64,000 nucleotides of DNA from NCBI RefSeq assembly GCF_018350175.1, contig NC_058373.1, positions 106,766,001 to 106,830,000 of the forward strand. The letters are read 5' to 3'. The stretch comes from Felis catus. Lineage: Eukaryota. The notes below the pieces were generated by a model that had not been told where the DNA came from, made no database searches, and saw only the letters and a list, made by a program, of their open reading frames with translations. Position numbers and translations under genes: made by a program. Below are positions 39,135 through 52,684 of this stretch, in pieces (position 1 is the first letter of the stretch; each line of letters starts with the position of its first letter).

Positions 39135-39431
39135 TATCTTGTAAAGCATTCTTTTTTTTTTTTCACAGAACATCTTTTATTGTAACCAATTTAGCTTTCT
39201 TTATATAATATGGAAGCAATTACATTGGTCAATATGTCTTTTTGAGTTGTCTTTATGTAAAATTCAAGTATCTTAAATTGCTTATTTTTATCTTGTAAAA
39301 CATTTTATTTTTTCACAGAACAGCTTTTATTGTAACCAATTTAGCTTTCTTTATATAATTGGAAGTGATTACATTGGTTAATATATCTTTCTGGGTTGTC
39401 CTTATGTAAAATTTGGACATGTCCCTAAATT
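39135..39431. repeat. ~154-bp diverged tandem duplication
   Basis: tatcttgtaaa...cacagaaca(t/g)cttttattgtaaccaatttagctttctttatataat... starting at 39135 and at 39289. Confidence 0.9.
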
Positions 39432-40079
39432 TCTCTCCCCCCTCTCTTTTTTTTTTTTTTTTTGTTCAGAAGTAGAATTTAGTGATTCATCACGTATGTA
39501 TTAACACCCAGTGCTCATCCTTCCTTAATGCCCATCACCCATTTAGCCCATCCCCCACCTACCTCCCCTCCAGCAACCCTCAGTTTCTTCTCTATAATTA
39601 AGAGTCTCTTATGATTTGCCTCCCTCTCTGTTTTTATCTTATTTCATTTTTCCTTCCCTTCCTCTATATTCACTTTTGTTTCTTTTTTTTATTTTTTTAA
39701 ATTTATTTTTTTTTAATTTTTTTATTTATTTTTGAGACAGAAAGAGACAGAGCATGAACAGGGGAGGGGCAGAGAGAGACAGGGAGACACAGAATCCGAA
39801 GCAAGCTCCTGGCTCCAAGCTGTCAGCACAGAGTGTGACACAGGGCTGGAACCCATGGACTGCGAGATATGACCCCAGCTGACATCGAATGCCCAACTGG
39901 ACTGAGCCACTCAGGTGCCCCTCATTTGTTTTGTTTCTTAAATTTCACATATGAGTGAAATCATATGGTATTTGTCTTTTTCTGACGGACTTATTTCATT
40001 TAGCATAATACACTCTAGTTCCATCTACATCATTGCAAATGGTAAGATTTTACTCTTTTTGTTAGCTGAGTAATATTCC

Positions 40080-40137
40080 AATATATATACATGTATATAC
40101 ATATGTATACATATATATGTATATATATGTATATATG

Positions 40138-40187
<50 letters not shown>
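40080..40187. repeat. (TA)n / TATG microsatellite inside L1
   Basis: Directly visible. Confidence 0.95.
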
Positions 40188-40189
<2 letters not shown>

Positions 40190-43100
40190 ACTTCTTTATT
40201 CATTCATCATTTGATGGGCATTTAGGCTCTTTTCATAATTTGGCTATTGTTGATGATGCTGCTGTAAACATTGGGGTGCATGTGCCCCTTCGAATCAGTA
40301 TTTTTGTATCCTTTGTGTAAATACCTAGTGGTACAATTGCTGGCTTGTAGGGTAATTCTATCTTTAGCTTTCTAAGGCACCTCCACACTGTTTTCCAGAG
40401 TGATTGCACCAGTTTGCATTTTCACCAACAGTGAAGAGGGTTCCTCTTTCTCCACATACTCATGGACATCTGTTGTTTCCTTAGTTGTTAGTTGTAGCCA
40501 TTCTGACAGGTATGGGGTAGTTCTCTTTGTAGTTTTCATTTGTATTTTCCTGATAATGAATAGTGTTAATATTTTTTCATGTGTTCTATAGCTTTCAGAG
40601 TACAGATCTTTTACCTCTTTGGTTAGCTTTGTTCTTAGGTATTTTATGTTTTTGGTGCAATTGTAAATGGGATTGATTCCTTGATTTCTCTTTCTGCTGC
40701 TTCATCATGGGTGTATAGAAATGCAACAGATTTCTGTACATTGATTTTATGTCCTGCAACTTTGCTGAATTCATGTATCATTTCTAGCAATTTTTGGTGG
40801 AGTCTTTCAGATTTTCTGCATAAAGTATCATGTCGTCTTGTGAAGAGTGAAAGTTTGACTTTTTCCTTGCCTATTTAGATGCCTTTGATTTCTTTTTGTT
40901 GTCTGATTGCTGAGGCTAGGACTTCCACCACTATGTTGAGTAACAGTGGTGAGAGTGGTCATCCCTATCCGGTTCCTGACCTTCAGGGAAAGAATCTCAG
41001 TTTTTCCCCATTCAGGATGATATTAGTTGTGGGCTTTTGCATATGGCCTTTATGATCTTGAGGTATGTTCCTTCTATCCCTACTTTCTTGGGGGTTTTTA
41101 TCAAGAAAGGATGATGTGTTTTGTCAAATGCTTTTTCTGCATCTATTGAAATGATCATATGGTCCTTAACCTTTCTTTTATGAATGTGGTGTATTAGGTT
41201 GATTTGTGGATATTTGTGGATATTGAAGCCCAGGAATAAATCCCACTTGATCATAGTGAATAATTCTTTTAATGTACTGTTGGATTTGATTTTCTAGTAT
41301 CTTGTTGATAATTTTTGCATATCCATGTGCATCAGGGATATTGGTCTGTAATTCTTTTTAGTGGGGTCTTTGTCTGGTTTTGGAATGAAGGTAATGCTAG
41401 CCTCGTAGAGTGAGTTTGGAAGTTTTCCTTCCATTTTTATTTTTTGGAACAGTTTCAGAAGAATAGGTATTAACTCTTCTTCACATGTTTGGTAGAATTC
41501 CCCTGGGAAGCCATCTGGCCCAGGACTCTTGTTTGTTGGGAGAGTTTTGATTACTGATTTAATTTCTTTGCTGGTTATGGGTCTGTTCAAATTTTCTATT
41601 TCTTCCTGTTTCAGTGTTGGTAGTTTATATGTTTCTAGGAATTTATCCATTTCTTCTAGATTGCCCAATTTGTTGGCATATAATTGCTCATAATATTCTC
41701 TTATAATTGTTCGTATTTCTGAGGTGTTGGTTGTGACCTCTCCTCTTTCACTCATGATTTCATTTAATTGAGTCCTTTCTCTTTTCTCTTTGATCATTCT
41801 GGCTAGGTGTTTCTCAATTGTGTTAATTCTTTCAAAGAACCAGCTCCTAGTTTCATTGATCCGTTCTACTGGTTTTTTTTTAAATTTCTATATCATTTAT
41901 TTCTAATTTTTTAATTTCTAATCCTTATTATTTCTTTTCTCCTGATGGGTTTAGGCCTTATTTGTACTTTTTCCAGCTCCTTTAGGTGTAAGGTTAGGTT
42001 GCGTACTTGAGACTTTTCTTCCTTCTTAAGGAATGCATGTATTAACATATACTTTCCTGTTTTGACTGCCTTTGCTGTACCCCAAAGGTTTTGGACTGTC
42101 ATGTTTTCATTTTCATTGCTTGAATGTATTTTTGTATTTCCTTAATTTCCTGGTTAACCCACCCATTCATTAATAGGATGTTCTTTAACTTCCACGTATT
42201 TGTGGTCTTTCCAAATTTTTTCATGTGTTGACTTCAGGTTTCAAGGCATTGTGGTCTGACAATATGCATGGTATGATCTCAGTCTTTTTGTACTGGTTGA
42301 GGCCTGATTTGTGACCCAGTATGTGATCTACTTGAGAATGTTCCATGTCCACTCAAAAAGAATGTGTATTCTGCTGCTATAGGGTGAAATGCTCTGAATA
42401 TATCTGTTAAGTCCATCTGATCCAGTGTGGTTCAAAAGCCATTGTTTCCTTGTTGATCTTCTATTTAGATGATCTGCCCATTGCGATAAGTGAAAGTCTC
42501 CTACTATTATTGTATTATTATCAATGAGTTTCTTTAAGTTTGTTATTAATTTATTTATATATTTGTCTGCTCCCAATTTGGGGCATATTTATAATTGTCG
42601 GATCTTCTTGTTGGATAGACCACTTTATTATGATATAGTGCCCTTCTTCATCTCTTATAACAGTCTTTGGTTTAAAATCTAGCTTGTCTAATATAAGTAT
42701 GGCTACTTCAACTTTCTTTTGATGTCCATTAGCATCATAAATGGTTCACCATCCCCTCACTTTAAATCTAGAGGTGTCTTTGTTTCTAAAATGAATGTCT
42801 TTTAAGCAACATATCGATAGGTCTTGTTTTTTTTATCCATTCTGAAACTCTGTGTTTTTTGATTGGAGTCTTTAGTCCATTTACATTCAAAGTAATTACT
42901 GATAGATATAAATTTAGTGTCATTGCATTACATGTAAAGTTGCTATTCCTGTACATTGTCTCTGTTCCTTTCTAGTCTTTGTTGCTTTTGGTCTCTTTTT
43001 CCCATTCAAAAGGTCCCCTTTATATTTCTTGCAGAGCTCCTTTAGTTTTTGCTTGTCTTGGAAACTCTTTATCTCTCCTAGTCTGAATAACCGCCTTGCT

Positions 43101-44679
43101 GGATAAAGTATTCTTGGCTGCATATTTTTCCCATTTAGCAGATTGACTATATCATGCCACTCCTTTCTGGCCTGCCAAGTTTCTGTGTCTTATGTGTCTA
43201 CCCTTGTAGGTTAAGGACCTTTTGTCCCTCCTCACTTTCAGAATTCTCTCTTTATCTTTGTAGTTTGCAAGTTTCAGTGTGATATGTTTTGGTGTTGACC
43301 TGTTTTTGTTGATTTTGAGGGGAGTTCTCTGTGCCTCTTGGACTTGAATGCCTGTTTCCTTCCCCAGATTAGGGAAGTTCTCAGCTATAATTTGTTCAAA
43401 TAAACCTTCTACCCACTTTTCCTGTTCTTCTTCTTCTGGGACTCCTATGATAGGAGTATTATTGTGCTTTATGGAGTGGCTGAGTTCCCTAATCTACATT
43501 TGTGATCTAATCATTCTTTCCCTCATTTTCTTTTCTTTTTTTTTTTAATGTTTATTTATTTTTGAGAGAGAGAGAGACAGAGTGTGAGCAAGGCTGGGGC
43601 AGAGAGAGAGGGAGACACAGAATTCGAAGCAGGCTCCAGGCTTCATGCTGTCAGCACAGAGCCCAACATGGGGCTCAGACTCACGAACCATGAGATCATG
43701 ACCTAAGCCAAAGTCAGAAGCTTAACTGACTGAGCCACCCAGGTGCCCCTCTTTCCCTCTTATTTTCAGCTTCATTATTTCCCATAATTTTATCTTTTAT
43801 ATCACCTATTTGTTCTTCTGCTTCTTCCATCTTAGTTGTGATTACATCCAGTCAGTTTTGCATCTCAGCTATAGCATTTTTTATTTTGGTCTGACTAGCT
43901 TTTAGGTTTTTATCTCTATAGCAAGGGTTTCTCTGGTGTCATCTATGTTTCTTTCAAGTCTAGCTAGTATTCTTATGACTATTTTTCTAAATTTTTGTTC
44001 ATGGGGTGCCTGGATGGCTCAGTTGGTTAAGTGTCTGACTCTTGGTTTCAGCTTAGGTCATAATTTCACAGTTCATGAGTACAAGCCCTGTGTCGGACTC
44101 TGTGCTGCTTGCTGGTGTTGAGCCTGCTTGGGATTCTCTCTCTCCCTCTCTCTCTGACCCTCCCCTGTTATTTCTCTCTCAAATAAATAAAGAAAACTTT
44201 AAAAAATAAATAAATTCTTGTTCAGATATATTTCTTATATCTGTTTTGAGTAAATCCGTGGCTGTGATTTCTTCTTGATCTTTCTTTTGGGGGGAATTCC
44301 TCTGCCTTGTAACTTTGTCTAGGTTTCTGTCTTTTGCAGTTATGAGAGTTTGTTATGTTTCTTGTCCCAAAGAGTAATGCTATATTAAGAAGGGGTCTTA
44401 TACTGTCCAGAGCCTGGCACTTCAAAGAGTGTTTCCAGTGTATGCTGTGTGTACTCTGCTGTTGTGTGTTGCCAGCTCTTTCCCACAGGTCAGTCCTCTG
44501 CAGAGTTTCTCCTTGCTTGCAGTGGGGAATGTTTAAACCTTTAACTAGGTGTGATTTGCTTTGTTTGTTAAAATAAGCCTGACTTAAAAGGGGGGGGGGG
44601 GGGGGCTGATCCAAAAAAAAGACAAAGGAAAAGGAACAAAAAGACCAAACAGACAAAAAACTATAAGCCTGATTCCAAA

Positions 44680-44681
<2 letters not shown>

Positions 44682-44726
<45 letters not shown>
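44682..44726. repeat. (GAAA)n microsatellite inside L1 5' UTR
   Basis: Directly visible. Confidence 0.95.
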
Positions 44727-44727
<1 letters not shown>

Positions 44728-47187
44728 CAAGCCTGATCCAAAAAAAAAGAGGAAGGGAAATTAAAACAAACAAAAAACTATAAGCCTGATTCCAAAGGGG
44801 AGAAAAAAAAAAAAAAAAAAAAAAAACCTGGTCCTATTTCCACCAGAACTGAAGCTGATGCTTTGGAGCACTCTGTGATCAGTAGACTTGGTGCGTGCAG
44901 GGGGCCTGCACTGGTCTTCTGGGGGAGAGGTCCTGGGCTCTCATCAGACCTGCCCTAGTAAAGTTGCTCCTGCAGGGCACAGAGGGGTGGAGTTTGGTTT
45001 AAGCAGCTTTAACCTCCACTGGGGGCACTGTGTTGCTACACTGAAGTCAGACCATGCTGGGGGGGTGGGGGGGAGGGGGGGCGGGGAGGGGAGGGGGGGT
45101 GGAAATGGTATCACCTAGTTGTCTCATCCCTGGAGCGGGGACTTCGTGCCAGCTGCTGTTCAGGAATCCCTCACAAAAAAAACCGAACAGTATCACCTCT
45201 AATGTCCCAGGCTTCTATCAGATCTCTGCCTTCACCCTATCTGTGCCCAGGCCATCAACACGGCTGGTGCCACAGTTCTTCTGTGTTTTATCTCTGACAA
45301 GTGGCTTGGATTCAAAACTCCAAATCTTAAAGGACCTGGCACAGCACAGACCTGCTCCATTCCTCCATAGGAGAGCCTTGGCACACTGTGTCTCATGCAG
45401 TTTTGTCCCAGAAAAGCAGTCACATGGCCGTGCAGGTGCTTGGAGTTTATAGTGAAGCACAGTGAAAAGCAGCGACCAGTTAATCTGCCCTCTGCACACA
45501 CCTCTGTCCCTTGCTGATGAATGGCTGCTCAGTGGTGCCCACCAGGTCTTTTGTCCTTGGAGAGGCAATATACCCTCTTCCAAATGTATTCCAGGAAGGG
45601 GAACGTTCTCTCCCAGTGTGACCTAAGGGATCCCCACACCACACTGTCCACTTCCGGGCCTCCTCCCTCCTTCTCCATAGGAGCACCACTACAACTGCTT
45701 GGCTCTACTCTGGAGAATGGTGCAGACTTCTAAAACCTTAGAATTTGAGCTCCACTACTTACTTGTGAAAACTTGCAATAGTCAGTTCTTCTTGATCCTC
45801 CAGTCAATGGTTTTGGGGAAGAATTTTTCTTGCACAAACCTGACACATTGCTCTCTCTCCTCTCTCTTTCTCTCTCTCTCCCCTCTCTGTGGTACCACGG
45901 CTTTTCTCTCCCCCAGTCCACTTCTCCACACCTCATACGGGCCATGTTCTCTCCCTCTAATTGTGCAGATTGTTCTCTTAATCCTCAGATGGATTTCCTA
46001 GGTGTTCAAAATGATTTGATGTTAATCCAGCTGTGTGTTCAAGGGATGAGGCAGGAACGGGGTCCCCCTACTACTTGGCCATCTTAACTTCCTCTCCTGC
46101 CCTGTTGTTTCTGATTCCATTTCACAGTTGAGAGAAATGTGTGTTAGGCTAATAGGGAACTCACAGATTCTCATATTTGGAGCATCTTTTATTCTTTAGA
46201 TCTTAAAGAAATCTTTCTAGGATCATCAGACCTCAAGATACTGGCAAATGAAAAGTTTCCATGAAAAGACATCCGTAACAAAGGAGTGAGGCTCTGTGTT
46301 CTTGGTGTTCATTGTCATGTAATTAAATCTTATGAACATTTTGGTGAAAATGAGTTAGGTAGAAAAAGTGTACATCTTTAGGCTTGATTATTTTGGATCG
46401 CAAGAGAGAATCTGGGAAGGGGCTACTAACAACAATGGACTACCCTTTCCGTTTATGTTGAACACTGTATAAAGAGATCAAAGTCTTGTATACAATCTCT
46501 TCCAGGGCCACTTAGCTGTACTTTCTTCATCAATGCCTACTGAACTTTTAAACCTAGCTGGACTTAACAAATGAGAGTTGGAGATTATGACCAACCAAGA
46601 CCATGTAAATGGCACTAAGGCAGATCTATTAACCCACTCAAAGAGCAGCAGCAAAACGTCAGAGCAAATTAGAATGCCTTACCCTTAGTTCGCGGACTGC
46701 AGGCTGTGCTGGACTAGGCTGAGAATCAGGCCATGGTGCCTGTTGTAAAATCAGTGGGAAAAGAAAAAGAAACAGAAAATATGTGAGTCAGGGTCAGGGA
46801 TTAGAGCTGCGATTTCCATGACGGTGTTGGGATGTGGCTACAAAAGAAAGTTACAAATGAAAGTGACAGGAACCCAACAAATATGTGCCTAGAACCAACT
46901 GGATCTTCTCTCCTCCCCAGCAGGCTCTGTATATGTGTACATCTTTGTTCTCTTGCATCTCTTTCTCTCTCTTCTTGCTCCCTCTCCTACCTTCCTTCTT
47001 CCTGTCATAGGTGCTGAAAAGCCAGTGGCAAATGAGACCTATATCACTTCTCTGTCTCTATGAAAGCCTCCTTCCTTACTGACAAATTATCTCTGGCTTT
47101 CCCATTCTAAAGGGTTTCTTCCTTTGTTTTCATTTTTGGGGGGAATAGTTTATACTATAGCTAAAACTGCTTTAGTATCCATTCACT

Positions 47188-47326
47188 CTTTTTTTTTTTT
47201 TTTTTTAAGTAAGCTTCACACCCAGCACAGAGCCCAATGCTGGGCTTGAACTCACATCCCTGAGGTCAAGACCTGAGATGAGATCAAGAGTCAGAGGCTT
47301 AATCGACTGAGCCACCCAGGCACCCC
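47188..47326 (-). mobile_element. Short Can-SINE
   Basis: Poly-T and reverse head; flanking agtat(c/t)cattcactcttt repeat. Confidence 0.85.
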
Positions 47327-47659
47327 AGTATTCATTCACTCTTTAACCAGTCTTTGCCACTAAAGCCTTTTCTGCAACCATGGTCTCAAATGTTCCAAGT
47401 GATGTGATGGCCATTTGCGGATATCCAGCACAGAACTACCTTCATATGTGACAACTCTCCCATTCATGAAGCTTAGTAGATACAGACTTCTTTGACCCTT
47501 TATGCAAGTTGAAGAGGATCAGACTTATCCTTCTCCTTATGGGAATGAGAGTATATAATCTAGGTCTGGCCAATAGAATTGGCCAAAAAGGCAAAAGGAA
47601 CTTTGATTTCGGAAAGAATGAAGCAATGACAGGGTCAGTTAGAAATTATTCATAGAAGC

Positions 47660-47882
47660 GGGGCGCCTGGGTGGTGCAGTCGGTTAAGCATCCGACTTCA
47701 GCCAGGTCACGATCTCGCGGTCCGTGAGTTCAAGCCCCGCGTCGGGCTCTGGGCTGATGGCTCAGAGCCTGGAGACTGTTTCCGATTCTGTGTCTCCCTC
47801 TCTCTCTGCCCCTCCCCCGTTCATGCTCTGTCTCTCTCTCTCCCAAAAATAAATAAACGTTGAAAAAAAATTTAAAAAAAAA
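47660..47882 (+). mobile_element. Young SINEC_Fc-like SINE with perfect 19-bp TSD
   Basis: TSD agaaattattcatagaagc at 47641-47659 and 47883-47901. Confidence 0.95.
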
Positions 47883-49892
47883 AGAAATTATTCATAGAAG
47901 CAAGGGTGAGGTTAAACTTTCTGGCTAAATGCAGTGAATACCTCAGAGTGCGGGAGCCTATGGCAATTTTTCACGAGACCTTTCCTTGGGCAAGACCCTA
48001 ATCATGTTCCTTAATTCTCAGCTTCTTTGGTTCCTGCCAGTGTTCTAGTCTGGTTCTTCATTCTTACTGTTTTGAGTTATCCAATATTCTTCCAACGCAC
48101 CTTTTTCTGAAGTTAGCCACAGTTGGTTTGTATTGCTTGCCACCACGAACCCTGACTGATAAAGATGTCCTCATCATGCAAAGACCCCTTCTGAGTTGCA
48201 TCCTCCCTTAGCCCTTTGTAGCATTTGAAACTGGCTCCTCTCCCTCCTGAAACTTCTTTTATATTGTCTTTAGTTACTGTATACTCTCTGAATGTTCTCC
48301 TATCTCTCTTACTATTCCTTCTCTATACTTTTTTGTGGATTATTTTATTTCCCTCATTGTCTCTCATTCTGTCTTGACTTTCATTTCTCTATTTAAGGTC
48401 TCTCTAATGATCTCACCCTCTCTTATGACTTCAGCCAATCTTTAAACTTAGCCTATGGTCTGTGGGACATCTCCATCTTTGTGTTCCATCAGTACCTCAA
48501 ACTCAGCATCACGACCTGATCCTGCCTCTGTTCTCTCGCCATCTGGATGCCAAACTTTGGAAGTATTGTTGATTCTTTCTTCTCCCTTCTCCTTGACATT
48601 AATTCCCATGTTAAAACTTTGCCTGTAGCCTGATGAACTCACAGGAGAAGAAATGTTCTCCTTTTCAAAGCATTGTCTATAGAAAGGCTATGGTACTACA
48701 TGATCTCTAAGATCTGTTTCCACCCCAACATTCCATGATTGTATAGATGCCAACGCTGCGGTAGATGCTGCCTCCAGTCATCATGCTCTTCTTTCCATGC
48801 CCATTGTCACCATTGCCATAAGCCCCTCACTTTGCCAAGTGGGGATCATAGAGTACTGGTTCAAAGCAGAGGTTCTGTAATTAGGCATATGAAGTTCAGA
48901 CTCTGGTTCTGCCTCCACTACTTATAAGCCATAACCTTGGGCAAGTTACTTAGCTCATCTGAGCCTCATTTCCCATTTCAAATGGGAATACCAATAATGT
49001 TTACCTAATAAGGCTGTTGTTGGGATTAAATGAAATAATACTTGTCAAGTACTATGCCTAGAATCTAATAAATGCTAGATAAATGCTAGCTGTTATTATT
49101 AATTTTTCCTTATATGGTCAAAGTAACCTCCTAATTGTCCTGCCATCATCAATCCATCCTCCATTCCACTTCATTATATTTCCCTAAACCTAGTTTAATA
49201 AAGTTGTATACTTTAATATACTGAATAGCAATTTTGAAAGTCCTCCAAAACACAAATCGGGTTTTTTTATGCCCCAAAACAATTCCCAATAACTCCGAAC
49301 AACTTACCTTGACATAACCTTTCTTTTTAGTCACTCAGTCTCTCAGTTTCCCAGTCCCCTATTCCCAAGAGAAGAGCACATTTTTGTGAGCAGGCCATAT
49401 CAAAGGCAGATAGCCAGCAAGCCTATAAGTGGGCTCACCCTAATCAGATGGCAATACTTGGTCCAATCAACTCTGATCAGAGGGTGAGATCTACTGTCCA
49501 ATCAGCTAGGGCTGTGGGTGCACCAGGTCTCCTTAGAAGGGACTATGGGTAGGCAGGAAATACTTGACATCTCCAGTACAATAATATTCTTCTCTGCTCT
49601 ATCCCATTGCCACCTACAGAATGCCTATCTATACTTCCAAGTCCAATTCAGTACTACCTCCTTCATGAAGTTTTTGCTGATCCTCTCAGCCAAATGTGAC
49701 ATCTGTTTCATTTCAGTTCCCACATGGTTGGTTTGCATCTCTGAATAGCAGTAAATATCCTATCTCCTCTTATAAGGTCCTTGTTTCTTACATGCATATA
49801 CACACATCTTCTAACAGCAACTAGACTATATGCGCCTTCAATGCAACTTCGTATTTTTGATTTGTTAAATATAATTGACAACCAATTTGCTT

Positions 49893-50086
49893 ATGGTCCT
49901 CAAATATCAGTGGATCCTGGACCACCTGCATGAAAACTACCTATGGCACCTGTTACAATACAGATTCCTTGACCCTGTCCCAGACCTAATGAATCAGAAT
50001 GGGAAAGGGACCAAGGCCCAAGAATCTGCACACTAACAAGTCTCCCAAGAGATTTCTACACACACAATTATCTGAAGCCTCCACTG
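49893..50086. mobile_element. MER5-like hAT relic
   Basis: tacagattccttgaccctgtcccagacctaatgaatcagaat...aagaatctgca...taacaagtctcccaagagatt resembles recalled MER5A/B. Confidence 0.6.
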
Positions 50087-50496
50087 TAGCAATTGTTTAC
50101 CCTCATGAGCATCAGCAGCTTTCCACAGTGTAAACCATAGAAACAACTGTGACCAGCTCTGAGCAAAGCAAGTGGTTCCCATTCATGACCTAAGCAAGCA
50201 TACGCTCCTCTCTCCAGCCTAATCTGGACCTGGCAATCCACATGATGTCCTGTCTTCACCATAGCCTGTGAACAGACTCTGATGACTTTTCATATGATGA
50301 GAGCCCATGGCACTGTTGCCTATGGCACTTTCATAATTGTAGCCCAGGAGAAAAGCCTAAGAATGATATAATGCATTGAGCTCTGCTCCGGGGTGCTAAA
50401 CAACAAGATAGAAAAGCTTAGTCTTGCACTCTGCCACCTTGCTAACCAAACATGAAATCTGTGGTTTCTTGGTGAGGTTGCAAGGATAGCAGGTGG

Positions 50497-50499
<3 letters not shown>

Positions 50500-50581
<82 letters not shown>
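50500..50581. repeat. Compound (GA)n(GT)n microsatellite
   Basis: Directly visible. Confidence 0.97.
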
Positions 50582-50583
<2 letters not shown>

Positions 50584-52113
50584 AGGGACCATCTGCTTCT
50601 CACAACGTAGATGGGAACTCTTCTGTGACCTAAGTTGAAGCTTAAGCTCCGGGGCCAGGATTCTCTACACCACCTGTTCGTTAGAGTCACTTGGGCACCT
50701 TAAAAAAATCCCTATGCCCAGGTTGCATCCCAGATCAGTTAATAGAATCTTTGGGGGTGAGAACCTGGCATCAGAACATTTTAACACCTCCACAGCCATT
50801 CCAATGTGCAGGCAGTTAAAAAGCTCTGTTCAATAGGAAGCAGATGCATTAGTTAATCTACATCATGGAGGAATTAACAACCTCCACTCATTGCTATCAT
50901 TATCAGGTGAAGCCACAATGGCTTCTGCTGAAGCACCTACTAATTGACACATGGCAAAATTCTGACACTGCTAGATCTGAACCAGTGGCTTTCTCAGCCC
51001 CAGGTAAAGAATCTCACCAAAGTAACTCAAATTCTGTTAGACACCTGCATTTTATGACTAGTGCTCTCAACAGCTCATTCCTTGGTAAAATGAAGATAGC
51101 CTTCTGTCACAGAAGCTACAAGAACCCCTTGGTTCAGAGTGGGCGCTCCACTCTGCCTGTAGGTTCACAGATTTGTGTGCATACTTGTGTTTTCATACCC
51201 TTTCTTTTCAAAATGGTTGTTATTGAATTTTACAGTAAGGAAGGCAAGGAGGAAGTGATGGAGTGCTGACGTACAGTCTTGTCTGTTTCTATTTGGCATA
51301 ATAATTATTTTTCAGTGGCATCACGTCATTTCCTAAGCACTATATGGATATTACCGTGTTCAGTTCCAACACCTCTGTGAGATAAGTGTTATTCCCAATC
51401 TACAGATGAGGAAATTGAAGAGCACAGAGATTAAATTTGCCTGAAGTCTAATTGAATCCAAATCTATCTGACTTCAAAATTCAGCTCTTAGCCACATTAT
51501 ACTGCCTCTTAGAGCATTTTTGTGGTCACATGCATGCCTCTTATCAAATGTCAAGTATTAATAAAATGTACTTTTTACTTTAAAGAATACCAGAAATTAC
51601 TGATCAGACCCATAATTATAGTTTATGGATCTCCACAGGTACACAATGGTCAAAGTTGCTAAGGCAGGGTTACACCCAAATTGGATGCTTAATAAATGTT
51701 TGCTAATGAGTGGATGAATAGATAAATGACGGATAAGTCAATGTATGGATGGATAAACGAATGAATGTGGTATCTAATGGCAGTTTACACTATCTTTCTT
51801 TTCATATTAATCTCCTTGGAGGGAGAAGGACTATATTTTGTTAGCCATTGACTCTGTGCCTGGCACTATGTTCATGTAAGTACAGGAAAAGTAGGTATGG
51901 GCCATGGAATCCAAAATTATTCTGTTGGTAGAATTTGAGAAAATACATATATTTCAATATTTTTCTACAGAGTGAGAAGGCCTACGTCTTACCTAAACCC
52001 AGGAAAAAAGGGTATCAAAACAGTGGCTGAAAATTGAAAAATGTTGGGAACTTCTCATTGTTTTCTCTATAAAATAAGCAACCATGCATTTGGAAAATAT
52101 GAATTTTTAAATA

Positions 52114-52684
52114 GAGTCAACTCTTGAACAACACAGGGGTTAAGGACACCGATCCCTGAATAGCAGAAAATCCACATATAACTTTTGACTCCCCAAAACA
52201 TAACTACTAGCAGCCTACTATTGATTGGAAGCCTTACCAATACCAATAACAATAACGAATTAACACTTATTTTGTATGTTATATACTCTTTTCTTACAGA
52301 AAAGTAAAGTAGAGAAAAGAAAATATTATTAAGAAATTCATAAGGCAGGGAGGTGCCTGGGTGGCTTAATCAGTTAAGCGTCTGACTCTTGATCTCAGCT
52401 CAGGTCATGATCTCATGGTTCGTGGGACTGAGCCCAGAATCAGGCTGTGCGCTGACAATGCAGAGCCTGCTTGGGATTCTCTCTTCCTCTCTGTCTGCCC
52501 ATCCCCTGCTCTTTCATGCTCTCTCTCTGTCTCAAAATAAATAAATAAACTGTGAAAATAATGAAAAAAAAATCATAAGGAAGAGAAAATATATTTACAG
52601 TACTGTACATATATTTACTGAAAAATATCTGCATATAAGTGGACCCTGCAGTTCAAGCATCCTGTGTTTTTCAAGGATCAACTG
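52114..52684 (-). mobile_element. Tigger2a-like (Tc1/mariner) non-autonomous element with a SINE inserted at ~52348-52572
   Basis: Imperfect terminal inverted repeats gagtcaactcttgaacaacac and gtgtttttcaaggatcaactg resemble Tigger2 CAGTTGACCCTTGAACAACAC; preceded by TA. Confidence 0.75.

Larger units (their letters stand above)
39447..46097 (-). mobile_element. Near-full-length but decayed carnivore L1 (5' UTR, ORF1, ORF2 with internal deletion, 3' UTR), containing three SINEs
   Basis: 5' end GGAGAGGAAGTTAAGATGGCC at 46097; ORF1 peptide QPRILYPAR; EN peptide NTIIVGDF; ORF2 peptide [10 protein letters not shown]...[15 protein letters not shown] (41294-41797); poly-T 39447-39463; SINEs at ~39683-39921, ~43530-43749, ~44003-44215. 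Confidence 0.9.

Noticed and set aside
45058..45102. G-run tract with G-quadruplex potential
   Set aside because: Lies within the decayed L1 5' UTR as a low-complexity expansion; no evidence of function.
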